A DNA stretch of 64,000 nucleotides, taken from Yuukianura sp. NJ FZ-2021. Taxonomy: Eukaryota. How positions within the stretch are numbered: the first letter of the stretch is position 1; the number at the start of each line of letters is the position of its first letter. The stretch is from assembly GCA_046563655.1 (NCBI GenBank), contig CM102285.1, forward strand, positions 7,130,001 to 7,194,000, read 5' to 3'. Below, piece after piece: positions 23,632 through 35,108 of the stretch. A program made the translations under genes and the position numbers. The notes beneath the pieces are model-generated. The model was not told the origin of the DNA. It ran no database searches and saw only the letters and a list, made by a program, of their open reading frames with translations.

Positions 23632-26600
23632 CACATTAACTGCACAGGATGTAAACAAATGCATCCTTGGGCAAAACACCTTAGTATTTGAAAATTCAAA
23701 ATTTTCAAAAATTCAAACAAATCATACTACTAGCGACACCTACGCTAGTAAAGTAAAACAAAATTTAAATAAAAACAATCTTACGGATTCAATTCCGGAA
23801 ACTTCTGTTGAAGGAACAACAGTACCAGTACCTTTCCGAAAATGGAGGTACGGCCCAAAGGTCTTTACCGAACTCACGTTCGGTAACCAAACATACAAAA
23901 TACAAGTCGATGAAGGAGCAAACTTCAGCAGCATCGGCTTGGACTTTTTAAATGAACTCAAAGATTTTGTACATAAGAGGTACCAGATTTGCCCAGTGGT
24001 GGTCAACACAGCCAACAGTGAAACAAAAATTAATGAAATGGTTGAACTAAAGTTCACCTACAACAATGTTCTCACTGTATGGGGCTTTCACCTAATGAAA
24101 GGATTGAAGCCCAAAATGCTGTTAGGGACCGATTGGACAACTAGAAACCTCAATAAAAATGAAATTCCAACAATTAATGAAAATGTACCTCTGAATTTGC
24201 CAAAGGCTGAGGAAAATGCACCTCGGTTGAACAAATTCAAGTTAACAAAAACAATTAGGCTTCAACCAAAAATGAATTCGAGAATTACGGTGGAGTCTGA
24301 TCGAATTATTTCAGGTTCAGTAATACTGAATCCAAACAAGAAACTCAATGAGACACATGCCTTACTCCAACCATATGTGTACTCGACAGTCAGGGACTGC
24401 TGTGCAGATATATGGCTCACAAATCTAAACAATTTTCCTGTGACCTTATCAAAAGGCACAACAATTTGTTACGGTGAAGAATGTCCTCCTAACAAAAACT
24501 TGTATTACCTCACGGAAGATGGCGAGACCGTCGAATCCGAGGAATGCATGATTGGAAATTTTAATCCAAAATTAGGAGATAACCTAACAAATGAGGAAAA
24601 ATCTGAGATTACAAAAATAATTAATCAATATCCAATGCTCTTTGCTGAGGATGAAACGGATTTAGGAAAAACTAGTCTTGTTCGTCACAAAATTGACACT
24701 GGCGACAGTTTACCAATTCGTAGTCATCCGTATCGGGTCTCATACCCTCAAAGAAGCAAAATCAAAGAGAAAATCAACAAATTATTAGAAAGTGACATCA
24801 TTGAGGAGTCAATCTCTCCATGGTCATCACCTGTCATACTAGTACCTAAAAAGGACGGCAGTCACAGACTGGTAATCGACTATAGGAAACTCAATGCTAT
24901 CACTAAGAAAAATTCCTATCCTTTACCAAGAATGGATGACGCTTTGGATAGACTGTCTGGAGCAAAATATTTTACAGTCTTGGACTTACTGTCCGGATTT
25001 TACCAAATCGAGGTAGATCCAAAAGACAAAGAAAAGACTGCTTTTATCACTCCTGACGGTTTATTTCAATTCAAACGTTTACCAATGGGACTATGTAATG
25101 CTCCCTCTAGTTTCCAATATTTAATGGACTTGGTACTGATGAATTTAAAATGGAACATTGTACTTGTGTACTTAGATGATCTTGTTATTTGGGGTAGAAC
25201 CTTTGACGAGCATAAATACAGGCTGGTTACGGTTCTCAACCGACTTAAAGAAGCCGGATTAACCCTGAAAATTAGTAAATGCATCTTTGGGACAAGCAAA
25301 TTAAATTACTTGGGTCATATTATTTCAGAAGAGGGAATTCAGGTTGACCCCAATAAGACAAATGCAATTGAAAACTTCCCAATTCCGAAAAATCAAACGG
25401 ATGTAAAGTCATTTTTAGGAATGTGTGGCTACTACCGAAGATTTATTCAAAATTTCGGAAAAATAGCAATACCATTAAATACACTTCTAAGGAAAAATCA
25501 AACATTCCAATGGGGAGAAAAACAAAATTTGGCATTTCAAACACTGAAAAGTCATTTGATCAATAGTCCAATACTGGCTTACCCTATGGACAATGTACCT
25601 ACAGAAGTACACTGTGATAGTAGTGGGTATGGGGTTGGAGCAACCCTGGTTCAAATCCAAAATGGCAAACCCTGCGTCATTTGCTATGCAAGTCGAACTA
25701 TGAACGACGCAGAACGCAACTACTCGGCTTCCGAACAGGAATGTCTGGCTGTTGTCTATGCAGTTAAGAAATTTAGACCTTACATTTACGGTACTAAATA
25801 CACTGTGTACACAGACCATAGCGCCCTCAGGTGGTTGTTTTCTGTAAAAGATGTAAACAGTCGTTTAGCTCGATGGTCGATAACCTTGCAGAACCAAGAT
25901 ATGACCATCGTCCATAGACCGGGGAGGACTGCCAATGACGTTGACCCATTGTCAAGGTACCCAGTTGACCCACCAGAGAGTATGGACAGTTCGGAAGTCC
26001 TTGTTCTGGATGGAGTACCGGATTTATTTTCCAAAAAGGAATTAAAAGTCAAACAAAGATCTGACAATTTCCTAAGATCAATTATTTTGTACATTGAATC
26101 TGAGGAGAAAGGGGAAAGTAATATCCCAAGACCAAATGTAAAACAATTGGATCAATACAGTCTCCAAGAAGGAATTTTATTATTTCCAAATTTTGCGCCT
26201 TCTGGACACCAATGGAAAATTGTACTTCCAAAATGTTTACGAAAAATCGTATTCGATTCCCTACATGCCGGAGACCTAGCTGGTCACTCGGGCATTACTA
26301 AAACTTGGGATTTACTCAGAAGTCGTTTCTATTGGGTAGGAATGTACAGGGATACGAGAAAATACATTCTCGGTTGCCCCACTTGCCAAAAATTTCGAAA
26401 GCGAGTTGGCCCTGAATATGGTCTAATGCAAAGTTTTGACGATGTCACTCGTCCATTTGAACGCGTGGGAATTGATTTTGTTGGCCCTATAGTGACATCT
26501 AACGCTGGAAACAAGTACGCCATTGTTTTCATAGATCATTTCACTCGATACGTCGAAACACTCGCCATTCCTGCAGCTACGGCAGAGGAAGCAGTCAAGG

Positions 26601-27898
26601 CAATTAAATCCAAAATCATTTTCAAGCATTCCTTGCCGAAAGAATTTGTAACTGACAGAGGACGACAATTCATTTCAAATTTAGTGAAAGCGTCTGCGCA
26701 AGAATTCAGCTTTAAACTGAAATTTACAGCGCCATATCACCCACAAGCAAACGGGATGACAGAACGCTGCAACAAAACAATCAAAAAGTCAATTGCTAAA
26801 ACAGTTGACGAAAATCAGAAAAATTGGGATTTATGTTTGGACCGAGTAACTTTCAGTTACAACATCCAAAAGCATTGTTCTACTGAATTTTCGCCATTTT
26901 ACTTGGTATTTGGCAGAGAAGCTGTTTTACCAATTGATTTAGCACTGCCAAATTTCGATTCGGACCAAGAAATTGACTTGGAGAGATTACATGAAGCTAG
27001 ACATGAATCTCAACTGAATTCAAGGAAAAATCAGGAAAAATCCAAAGCTAGGGTCGATAAAAATCGAATTAAGAAAACTTTTAAGAAGGGCGAATTAGTT
27101 TTAAGATCAAAGCCAATTATCAAGAAAGGGCTTACAAAAGCATTTATTGCTCAAAAAGATGGTCCCTACAAAATTTTAAGACAAACGAGTGATGTTAATT
27201 TCGAAATTCAGAAATTAAATTCTCGTTCTAAAAAGTTAATTGTACATGTCAGAGACATTGAGCATTTTAACTCTGAATTTGTGCCCAGCTCTGATAGTGA
27301 GAGTGAAAGTGAAAGTGAAAGTAGCTTCACTGATCACTCGAAACAGAATCATCCATCAAAAAGCCAAGGACGCTACGTGCGACTCAGAGGGAAAGAAGGA
27401 AACTGCGCGAAATCGGCTAAGTCCGCCGATTCGTCTCACCCCTCAGTGTTTACTGATGTAAACAAACAAAATAGTCAAATTTCCTGCAGAGACACAAACT
27501 CGTCTGTTGGTAGTCAAATTAGGCAATTTAGTGCAAATTCAAACAAGAAAAGTTCAAGTCACGACATTAGTTCCAGTTATCGGTCATTGACTGGACATTC
27601 TGGACATTCAAAGTCACGTAGGAGCACTCCGCGTGCAAAAACACAAAGTGACAGTGACAGTGCCGATGACCCCAAGGCTATAAAAGAGCCTGAGGATGAC
27701 GAAGCAGTTGTCACTCCAGTTTCACCTTCATCATCTGAAGAAGAAGACCCGTCTCTTCTTGCTCCTGCCAAGCCAAAGGTCAACGACACAGCCACTCCAA
27801 GGAGAACTGGACGTACAAGGAAACCACCAGACCGTTATGGAGAGTGGACCTACTACAACGGACGTAGACGCAGAAGATGTTCATCTTCGTCAAATTGA
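23585..27898 (+). CDS. pol: Pol polyprotein (protease, possible degenerate dUTPase-like insert, RT, RNase H, integrase), expressed by frameshift
   Basis: Frame is open upstream of the tracked 23939 start. Protease IQVDEGA...LLGTDW. RT SPWSSPVILVPKKDG, LPMGL, YLDD. RNase H HCDSS, EQECLAV, YTDHSAL. Integrase HHCC, IDFVGP, TDRGRQF, NGMTER, GPY. Ser-rich tail ending RKPPDRYG. Confidence 0.96.
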   Translation, partial: LKTPGVYAHPIAKSAYTLTAQDVNKCILGQNTLVFENSKFSKIQTNHTTSDTYASKVKQNLNKNNLTDSIPETSVEGTTVPVPFRKWRYGPKVFTELTFGNQTYKIQVDEGANFSSIGLDFLNELKDFVHKRYQICPVVVNTANSETKINEMVELKFTYNNVLTVWGFHLMKGLKPKMLLGTDWTTRNLNKNEIPTINENVPLNLPKAEENAPRLNKFKLTKTIRLQPKMNSRITVESDRIISGSVILNPNKKLNETHALLQPYVYSTVRDCCADIWLTNLNNFPVTLSKGTTICYGEECPPNKNLYYLTEDGETVESEECMIGNFNPKLGDNLTNEEKSEITKIINQYPMLFAEDETDLGKTSLVRHKIDTGDSLPIRSHPYRVSYPQRSKIKEKINKLLESDIIEESISPWSSPVILVPKKDGSHRLVIDYRKLNAITKKNSYPLPRMDDALDRLSGAKYFTVLDLLSGFYQIEVDPKDKEKTAFITPDGLFQFKRLPMGLCNAPSSFQYLMDLVLMNLKWNIVLVYLDDLVIWGRTFDEHKYRLVTVLNRLKEAGLTLKISKCIFGTSKLNYLGHIISEEGIQVDPNKTNAIENFPIPKNQTDVKSFLGMCGYYRRFIQNFGKIAIPLNTLLRKNQTFQWGEKQNLAFQTLKSHLINSPILAYPMDNVPTEVHCDSSGYGVGATLVQIQNGKPCVICYASRTMNDAERNYSASEQECLAVVYAVKKFRPYIYGTKYTVYTDHSALRWLFSVKDVNSRLARWSITLQNQDMTIVHRPGRTANDVDPLSRYPVDPPESMDSSEVLVLDGVPDLFSKKELKVKQRSDNFLRSIILYIESEEKGESNIPRPNVKQLDQYSLQEGILLFPNFAPSGHQWKIVLPKCLRKIVFDSLHAGDLAGHSGITKTWDLLRSRFYWVGMYRDTRKYILGCPTCQKFRKRVGPEYGLMQSFDDVTRPFERVGIDFVGPIVTSNAGNKYAIVFIDHFTRYVETLAIPAATAEEAVKAIKSKIIFKHSLPKEFVTDRGRQFISNLVKASAQEFSFKLKFTAPYHPQANGMTERCNKTIKKSIAKTVDENQKNWDLCLDRVTFSYNIQKHCSTEFSPFYLVFGREAVLPIDLALPNFDSDQEIDLERLHEARHESQLNSRKNQEKSKARVDKNRIKKTFKKGELVLRSKPIIKKGLTKAFIAQKDGPYKILRQTSDVNFEIQKLNSRSKKLIVHVRDIEHFNSEFVPSSDSESESESESSFTDHSKQNHPSKSQGRYVRLRGKEGNCAKSAKSADSSHPSVFTDVNKQNSQISCRDTNSSVGSQIRQFSANSNKKSSSHDISSSYRSLTGHSGHSKSRRSTPRAKTQSDSDSADDPKAIKEPEDDEAVVTPVSPSSSEEEDPSLLAPAKPKVNDTATPRRTGRTRKPPDRYGEWTYYNGRRRRRCSSSSN

Positions 27899-28515
27899 CG
27901 AAGAAGTCTCACGTAAGGCGACTTTTGACCTTTACAGGTCATTTAAGTTCACGTCCGCACTCTCCATTCCATTCCCCAATTTCTACTTTTATTGTTCATT
28001 TCATCTCTAATATATTTTTCTTTTATTTTTTAGGTCAGATGAGGGAACTCCAGATGACACAATCTGCCCCGTCTCCAACCATCTCTACATCATCAACTAC
28101 TTCAGGATCCTCCACGGTACCGTTACTACTCAATGTCAACCCACCGGACGGAAGGACCGATTTTTCAAAGTGGAAAATCCCCAAGAAGAAGAAGGCTCCT
28201 ACCAATCCGGCTCCTACTAATCCGGATCCTCGACCAATTACCATCCGCCGACACGATAGACGACAGCACAACTTCCCCAGGATGAGCACTGCACTGCCCC
28301 CTCAAATCACGCAAGGTCAACCGAGGTCATCAGGACGTCCTATCGTCGTCCTCTCCGATCCGCGAGACCTGCGAGCAACTTTGAGGTCAATGGCCCCGGA
28401 ACATCCTCCGCGACATCGCCCAAAACCCTGCTTCATCTGCAGTCAAGTCGGCCACAAACGTAAGAACTGTCCGCTACTTCCAGTTTCTCGAAACTCAGGA
28501 GATTTTCCCAACTAA
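27837..28515 (+). CDS. ORF3: Pro/Arg-rich CCHC zinc-knuckle protein; predicted exons 27837-27912 and 28034-28515 (185 aa), or 158 aa from ATG 28039
   Basis: Donor AC|GTAAGG (27913), branch CTAAT (28007-28011), long T-tract and TAG| (28033). Splicing is in frame: MESGPTTTDVDAEDVHLRQIDEEVSR-QMRELQM. Contains KIPKKKK and CFICSQVGHKRKNC. Stop abuts the PPT. Confidence 0.7.
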
Positions 28516-28526
28516 CGGTAGGGAAA
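28516..28526 (+). promoter_or_regulatory. Short polypurine tract
   Basis: CGGTAGGGAAA immediately before the 3' LTR. Confidence 0.6.
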
Positions 28527-28904
28527 TGTTGTGAAGTAAACTCACTCTCCGGATTATGTTAACTATTAGTCTTTTGTTCTCTGCAAATCCTAGTTTTTGC
28601 ACATGTAATCCAGTTAGAACTAGTTCTCTAAGTTAAAAATAGATTTTTAACCGTTAGTCTTTTGTTTTGTGCACAATGTAGTTTACATTAGATCTGCATG
28701 TAATTAACTCGGCGCGTGTCCGATGCCTATAAAAAGGGCTCGGCCGTGACCCCTCACAATTCACTTCTAATCCAAATCTAAAACTTACCAGAACTCTGCC
28801 GGTTTGCACACCGACACGAGTTCAACAACCTCAAACTTTCTGAATAAAAGTTAATTCTACTCCAGATAGCGAGTCAAACCGAGAATAACGTTTATTCCAG
28901 AACA
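28527..28904 (+). repeat. 3' LTR (378 bp)
   Basis: Identical to the 5' LTR except about 3 differences (2 substitutions, 1 indel). Confidence 0.97.
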
Positions 28905-30588
28905 AATTGTTCACCACCTTGTTAAGTTTATCTAGAGTTTAGGCTAGAATAGGCTGAAATTTAGTACAGGTTATGCTATGAATAAGTTAATGTGCAAAGT
29001 TATTGCCTTGATGAAATATAATGGGGTCCATTGAAATGTTAGAGACGAAATCTCTATTATGCTTGATACTTTCATTGTGCCGAGTTAGGCACTTTTTCTT
29101 TCTTCGTCTCCGTGGGAGGTCAACAAAGTGCTTTTGTGATTTGTGAAACGTGAATGTGAGAGAAATGGGCGAAGGAGACAATGGAAACAGAGAAACAAAG
29201 ACTTTGATTAAGTACCTACGCACAAGGCTACTTTCTCTCCCTCGTGAAACTTTAAACTGACGACTGCATGCAACCCTACAATTGGTCAGGTTGAATAAAA
29301 TTGAAAATTAGCCGAATTTGAGTCTATGGTGGGATTAATTTACACCGGAGAGGGCAATAAACACTTCACTAAATTTAACCCAATAAACCTATACACCTTA
29401 GCGCGGTTAAGTTAGGGAGTTTAAATAACTCGCGCCTTTGCTTCAAGTTGTAAATTACAAAATTAAGTACCAATTCGCCACCTAAGCAATGTGAAATTTC
29501 TAGATTTTTTTGTGAAGACTTGTACACTAATGCATTCGTCTAGCCTAAGTAAGTTGGAATAACAAATTTTAATAGTCGAAGTTTTGGTACACTCATTTCC
29601 TGACTTAAAATTTCATGGCAAAATAAGAGCCAATAAAATTCCGAATGCGCAAAGGCGGATTGGCCTAAATTCGACGGTTCCACGGAATAGTCAATACCAA
29701 AATCCGTTCCAATAAAAATCGAGCTGTAGTGCGGCTTATTCTTTAGAGGATTTCCTCTGTCTCCAAACTGCATAAAAAAGGAACTTAGGAAGATTATCAG
29801 TAGCGAAATGTTGAAAGTGAAAGCTTCCTATCCTGCTCCATCTTTTTCAGATCCCCTTTCCAAAGCTACGCGTGACTCTGGATATGTTGTAAATTAAGAT
29901 CCATGAAGCAGCGAAGGACTTTAGCCAAAAAGGGGGATTTTGTATCTCCGAGCCCATTTTTATATTCAGCAAGATAAGTAAGTCTACATCTAAAAGGAAA
30001 GATGCGTGGGGGTAGTGAAACTCTAAGAATTTGTAACCAACCCCCCATTGAAGACATTTAGCAACACAATTCGTTGTTGTGTGTTTGGGAAACCAAAAGT
30101 CATTAAAGTTGGCTTTGCATCAACAAACCAAACCGAATACCTCCTCGACGGCTATGACGTCACTGCTATCCTACGTTTATATACTGACTTTTGGTTTAGT
30201 TATTGCTGCCAGGCGCCCATGCTTTCTTTACTTCTACCGAGAAAATTGTTGAAGAAAGTAATTCAATGGAATGAGGATGACTCAAAGATGCGTAAGGCTA
30301 TGCGACGAAGGACCCCAACGGAGTTTCCAAGAAGCGAACTGTGCTAGAAATCATCATCCAAGTACTCTGTCTCTCTGCCTAACGACTCGCAGAAATGAGG
30401 AAAGTAAACCAATCCCATAGGAATCAAATTCTGGCTCTCCCGATTCTTTTTGAAAACGAAAAGGTCACTCACCCCTTTACAGTTTAAGACTCACGTCGTA
30501 GACTGAGACAGAGGCAGCGATCAATGTCGTTATTCTTAACCAACTAACACCACCTACAACGCAGTAGTAAACGAAAAAAAGGGTTGAC

Positions 30589-31872
30589 TTATGGAAAGGT
30601 GCAGAGGAGGTCAAAGAGTAAGGAAAGCGTGCTGTCCGCAACAGTAGCGACGATACGTTTCTCGATTTCGTAGAAAGATCCTGCGAAGCACCGAACTTCT
30701 GGCGATGATCGCAAGAACATTCGGAGAGCTTGGCGGTCCTCAGCCGAAACAAGCTGTGATGCTGTGAAGTCCACTAAGGCGCAACGGTACTCTGAACCGA
30801 CAGCGCTCAAGGTACTCATTACTAGAATTAGCACGAGAACTTCATACATGCAGCGTATTGCGCAGACCGGAAACATCACGTTGGATAACGGGTCGTTTGG
30901 CCACCATATTTTGATGAGGCCGTAGATCAGGACCCCGCCAGCAAAGACGTAGATGTTGACCAAGATCGAGAGGTACCAGACAAAAGACCTATTCAACATG
31001 GCTATCATTGCTTGAACGAACCGGAACCGCAGGGCTATTGTGTTGTAGCCGTCATTGAATGACGTTCTATTGACAACATGAAAATACTTTGGATTAGCCG
31101 GATTAGGTTATTTGCGCAGTAGTTTATTTGTAATAACCTTATTAACCTTACTTCATGTCTTCAAGTTCACCAATGAACCAGTTGCAGCCAAGGTAGATGT
31201 TTGAGAAGTTGAACCAAATGCTAGCGCTGACAAGTAGCATTATGTAGTACTCAGGAAGAATGAAGGGCCACACTTCGCCTACTGGTAGGAGCCACAAGTT
31301 GAATCCGTCGCAATCCAAGAAGTAAGACGACAGAAAATGAACAGCGCATGGCGCTTCGTTCACCAACTTTGCATGAAAGGGAGCGTTCAGGATGAACATC
31401 ATTAATACGATCCACATTCTCCCTGTAAGGACGCGAGATTCTTGCCCTAATATTAATTTTGAGTTTAGTTACTAAAGTTATTGCAAGTTTAAAGAACTGT
31501 CGCTGATGCCTTACGTTTCACCACTGCAGATTCCAGGTGCGCCATCAAGATGTTTGTAAATGCCATCATGTCATCTCTTCCACTATGAAACTGGATGTAG
31601 TTAATTGCACAGAAGACATGCATGCCGGCGTACGTGAGAGTAATCATCGTGAGCCCGCCCGGTGGGTTGAGCTTCTCGACTGACCACAGGAGACGGCCAA
31701 ATGTCATGAACGGGATGACCCAGGCGACAGATTTGTGAACATTAAAGGCCCAGTAAGAATTCGGCTTCACGAGTCTGTTTGTCTTTATGTCGTACCGAAA
31801 CGGATAAATTCTTAGAAAACATGGAATGAATAAACTTATACGAAATGCTTCAAGTGTTACTCGATTAAGCAT
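30589..31872 (-). CDS. Gustatory-receptor-like 7TM chemoreceptor, 368 aa; exons 31872-31515, 31422-31152, 31066-30589
   Basis: Three hydrophobic ORFs join in frame across GT-AG introns (phases 1 and 2). N-terminal IYPFRYD. C-terminal CFAGSFYEIEKRIVATVADSTLSLLFDLL resembles the TM7 region of arthropod GR-superfamily proteins. Confidence 0.8.
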
Positions 31873-34734
31873 TTTTGTTGGTCTTGCAATCCTTCTTGAA
31901 CTTAAGCTTTTGGTTTCTCAAATCCTAATGACAACCAAATTTTAAAAACGTTAGAAACTAAAACCGAAACAAGAAGATTATATTAATGATCTCAACTCGT
32001 TCTCGTCTAAGTTTAATTTAAGGCCAAAAAGCAAAAGCACCCACGGATTATTGCTACCAAAAATTCAAATGCTGTTATATAGTATACTCAACCTTGTCTA
32101 AAGACATTAATACATGAAGTATTCCGTCCTAATAGTACCAGCAATTGGCATGGTTGTAAAAAAATCGAACTCACTTTTGATTAAGTCAAAACTTCTAATG
32201 ACGATGGTTACTTACATAGGAATGTATGTTACAATCGGCAGCACACCGTTGATTCAAATAAATTAGTTCAAATAAAATGGGTAAACACTAATTGGTTCAA
32301 TATGCAAATTGCTTCAACGTTAATAGTTCAAAACCAAATAGTTGAATGAAAAAATTGGTTCCAAAGCTACCGTAAATTACTCCAATGCCAGTGCGGTTAG
32401 GGCGGGGTCAAGGTGTGATATAAGCGCGGTAGCCAACTTGACCTTAAAACAGAACTTAGAGATAAATGGTATCACCTCTTTAAATTCTATATTGCTAATT
32501 TGATTCAAATCAAGCTGTAGCACTTAAATCCATGTTTTAAAAAAGGCGAAACCAGAAAGTAGGTTGTAAGTTAAAAGCCGTTCAGTACGCTACTACTAAT
32601 ATCACCGATGGTACCACAGCTCTGTTTGGAAAATTACCGAGTTCGGTTGGCTGAAGGATAAACATAAAATTTGTAAGAATTTATAAACTTAGGATTACCA
32701 CTCGTGAGTTTGCTTTATTTGAGTGGCTACTGCAAAATGAAAAGGTGGAATGATAACAAAAAACCAAAACGGCTTCATGGCACTGAATTTTTGAAGCGCA
32801 ATGTCCTCAGTTGAGAGACGGAAAACTTCATTGGCTCAACACAATCCAAATTCGCTAGTTCGCCTAAAAGTTGTTAAATTTGTTATTTACATTTCCCAGT
32901 TGGAATTTTCGTATTCGCGATTTTGGAAGTTCCAACCTGGCAATTTCTAACAAAATTTCCAAACCATACATTATTGAAAGACTAGAGATAGCCCAGAAGG
33001 CTTTGAATAAAGCAACAGTACCACAAACGACGAAACGAATCAGTATAAATTAAAAGTTAGCGTCAGATTTAAGATAGCACTTTTTAATTATTCCGGTAAT
33101 ACGTAGAACTTTAGTATATGCGCGCGCGTCCGAAAGTTCAAGAATTCTTATACGCGCGCATATAATTAGAGCATATACGGTAATCAAATTCCGAAACACC
33201 GTGGTCTTCAAAAATAACGGACAATAGTATTTTTAGCTTAGGCATCATGGTACATTTGGTTGTATTTTTTGAAACGTCCCAAACTCAACTCTGATACCGT
33301 AGTGATACCGTAGATGAGTTCAGTTGTGAGGTCCAAAAACCGACTCCGAAGGAAATTTTGAAATGTTTGCGTTGCAAATTTTGAAGAATCGAAGTATATC
33401 GTCTATGATGTACGTTAATTGTTTTTAAAAGTAAGATTTTCCCATCAAGAGTATATAAGCAAAAAATAATGAAATGTTAGGTTATCAATCGTAGGATTGG
33501 TTAGATTAAGCAACTAGATTAGGTAGTAGAGGAACACTTTGGCCAGTAGTTTTCTGCTACATCAGTTTTTCCTCTAATGTAAAATGCTATGAGCTTCATT
33601 CTGAAGTAGATTTTTTTTAAAATTGCGCATTGCATTGAATCATTTGGTTTTGAAATAAGGTTAGGTTACCAGATTTGCTTGTTGGGCCAATTCGGTTTCA
33701 ATGTTTTTACCTGAACCAATGGCATTGAACCGTTACGAGGTAGGTTATATTAGCGTTTCGGAAAATGATACAATTAAAGAGGAAAGAAAATACCGGAGGA
33801 TTTATAGGACTTCGCCGCGTGGCGATTCTCGGACTCATATTATTTACCATAGAATTTTGTTTCCAATTCAAAGAAAGTTGAGTTTCCTTACTCAATTTAA
33901 CTAAATCTTTTGTTGGTGTAATTATTTCACAACTTATTGAAGGTTTCACAACTCATCCAAAGGTTTTTGGGAAAAGAATTCGTCTTTTATGGAAAATATG
34001 ATCCGAGATGGCAGGTGATCCTGTAATACTTTCATCCAATTGAAGAATTTAAAAAAGCCGAATATTTAAATTTCATGTCCATCCTACCAATTTCCCCACA
34101 TTCCACCGAATTATATAGTTCGGTCAACCTCATCCACCAATCGGCGGGAACTATCTTCCCGTAAGAACCAATTTCTACTTGGATTCAAATAAAGTCATTG
34201 CGAAAATAAGATTTGTTCTGAATTCTTTCCCCAAAAAGCAAGCAAATGAATTCTAAATTATAAACGATTCAAAAAACATCGATACCTCTTGTAACTACTC
34301 GTTTGTCACATTATGTAAATTTTATGTCAAAAATAAAATATTGTGAAAATTCCACAACTTTAGTGGAATAAAAAGAAGACAGCAAATAAAACACAATTTT
34401 CAAATGGAAAAAAAAACAGGACACACAAACAGGATTTGATTCAATTTTAGTTTTCAGTTGATCAAATTACCTTGTAATCATTCCAAAATATATTTTCAGC
34501 AAAAACACACCACTGCTGCGTGTTTCTTTTTCTTGCAACTTTTGGTGTATTGCTCATTTACTTCATGGGAATGAAAAGATCAGTGGGTTTGAAGAGTTCT
34601 CAGAGTTGTTTGCTTCAACCTTCGTAGAATTTTGAATTATGAAATCAGAACGTGAAAGATGACTTTGACTCGCGCGTGTCTTTAATCTCATAGCCTCCGG
34701 TACACCCTAGCTTCTCCCCGGTGTTTTATTTTAG

Positions 34735-34880
34735 GCCGAATTCATGTCTAGTGAACTCTCTCTCCTCTAACTAGACGTAGCGTGTGTAGATTGGTTCGTG
34801 TCGGTTGACCTGTGCCTAAACATCTGGACAAGATGTGGGTCTCCTACTATTTTTCGAACTCCAGTAGACATGAATTCGGC
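34735..34880. mobile_element. Small MITE (PIF/Harbinger-like, degenerate)
   Basis: 16-bp IR GCCGAATTCATGTCTA / TAGACATGAATTCGGC. Left flank TTAG. TSD not conserved. Confidence 0.5.
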
Positions 34881-35108
34881 ACAGAAAAGAATGCATTCCA
34901 TCCTGTAAACAATTACGTATGTAGAATATGCAATGCATTGTGTCAAGTCCGGTACTCCAAATCTTTAACTTAACTTTAACCCATCATCCGCGTATCATTT
35001 GGAAGGCTTAAAATGTTTTCAACTGTTATACTGGGTATAGGTTCAACAATAAATTTCAAATTTTATTGCAAATTTATTGTTAAACCTATTTGAATTGTTA
35101 ATTTAATT

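Larger units (their letters stand above)
22268..28904 (+). mobile_element. Full-length Ty3/Gypsy LTR retrotransposon with a third ORF
   Basis: Near-identical LTRs with TGTT...AACA ends. 4-bp TSD AATT (22264-22267, 28905-28908). PBS and PPT present. gag, then pol in PR-RT-RH-IN order. Confidence 0.97.

Noticed and set aside
27877..28038. Hydrophobic N-terminus of the tracked 212-aa ORF as an env signal/TM segment
   Set aside because: The FFFYFL stretch is the translated polypyrimidine tract of the predicted intron, and no env features follow.
22571..28289. Antisense and alternate-frame ORFs within gag/pol
   Set aside because: Short shadows of the coding strand with no recognisable motifs, apart from the +1 frame segment used for ORF3 exon 1.
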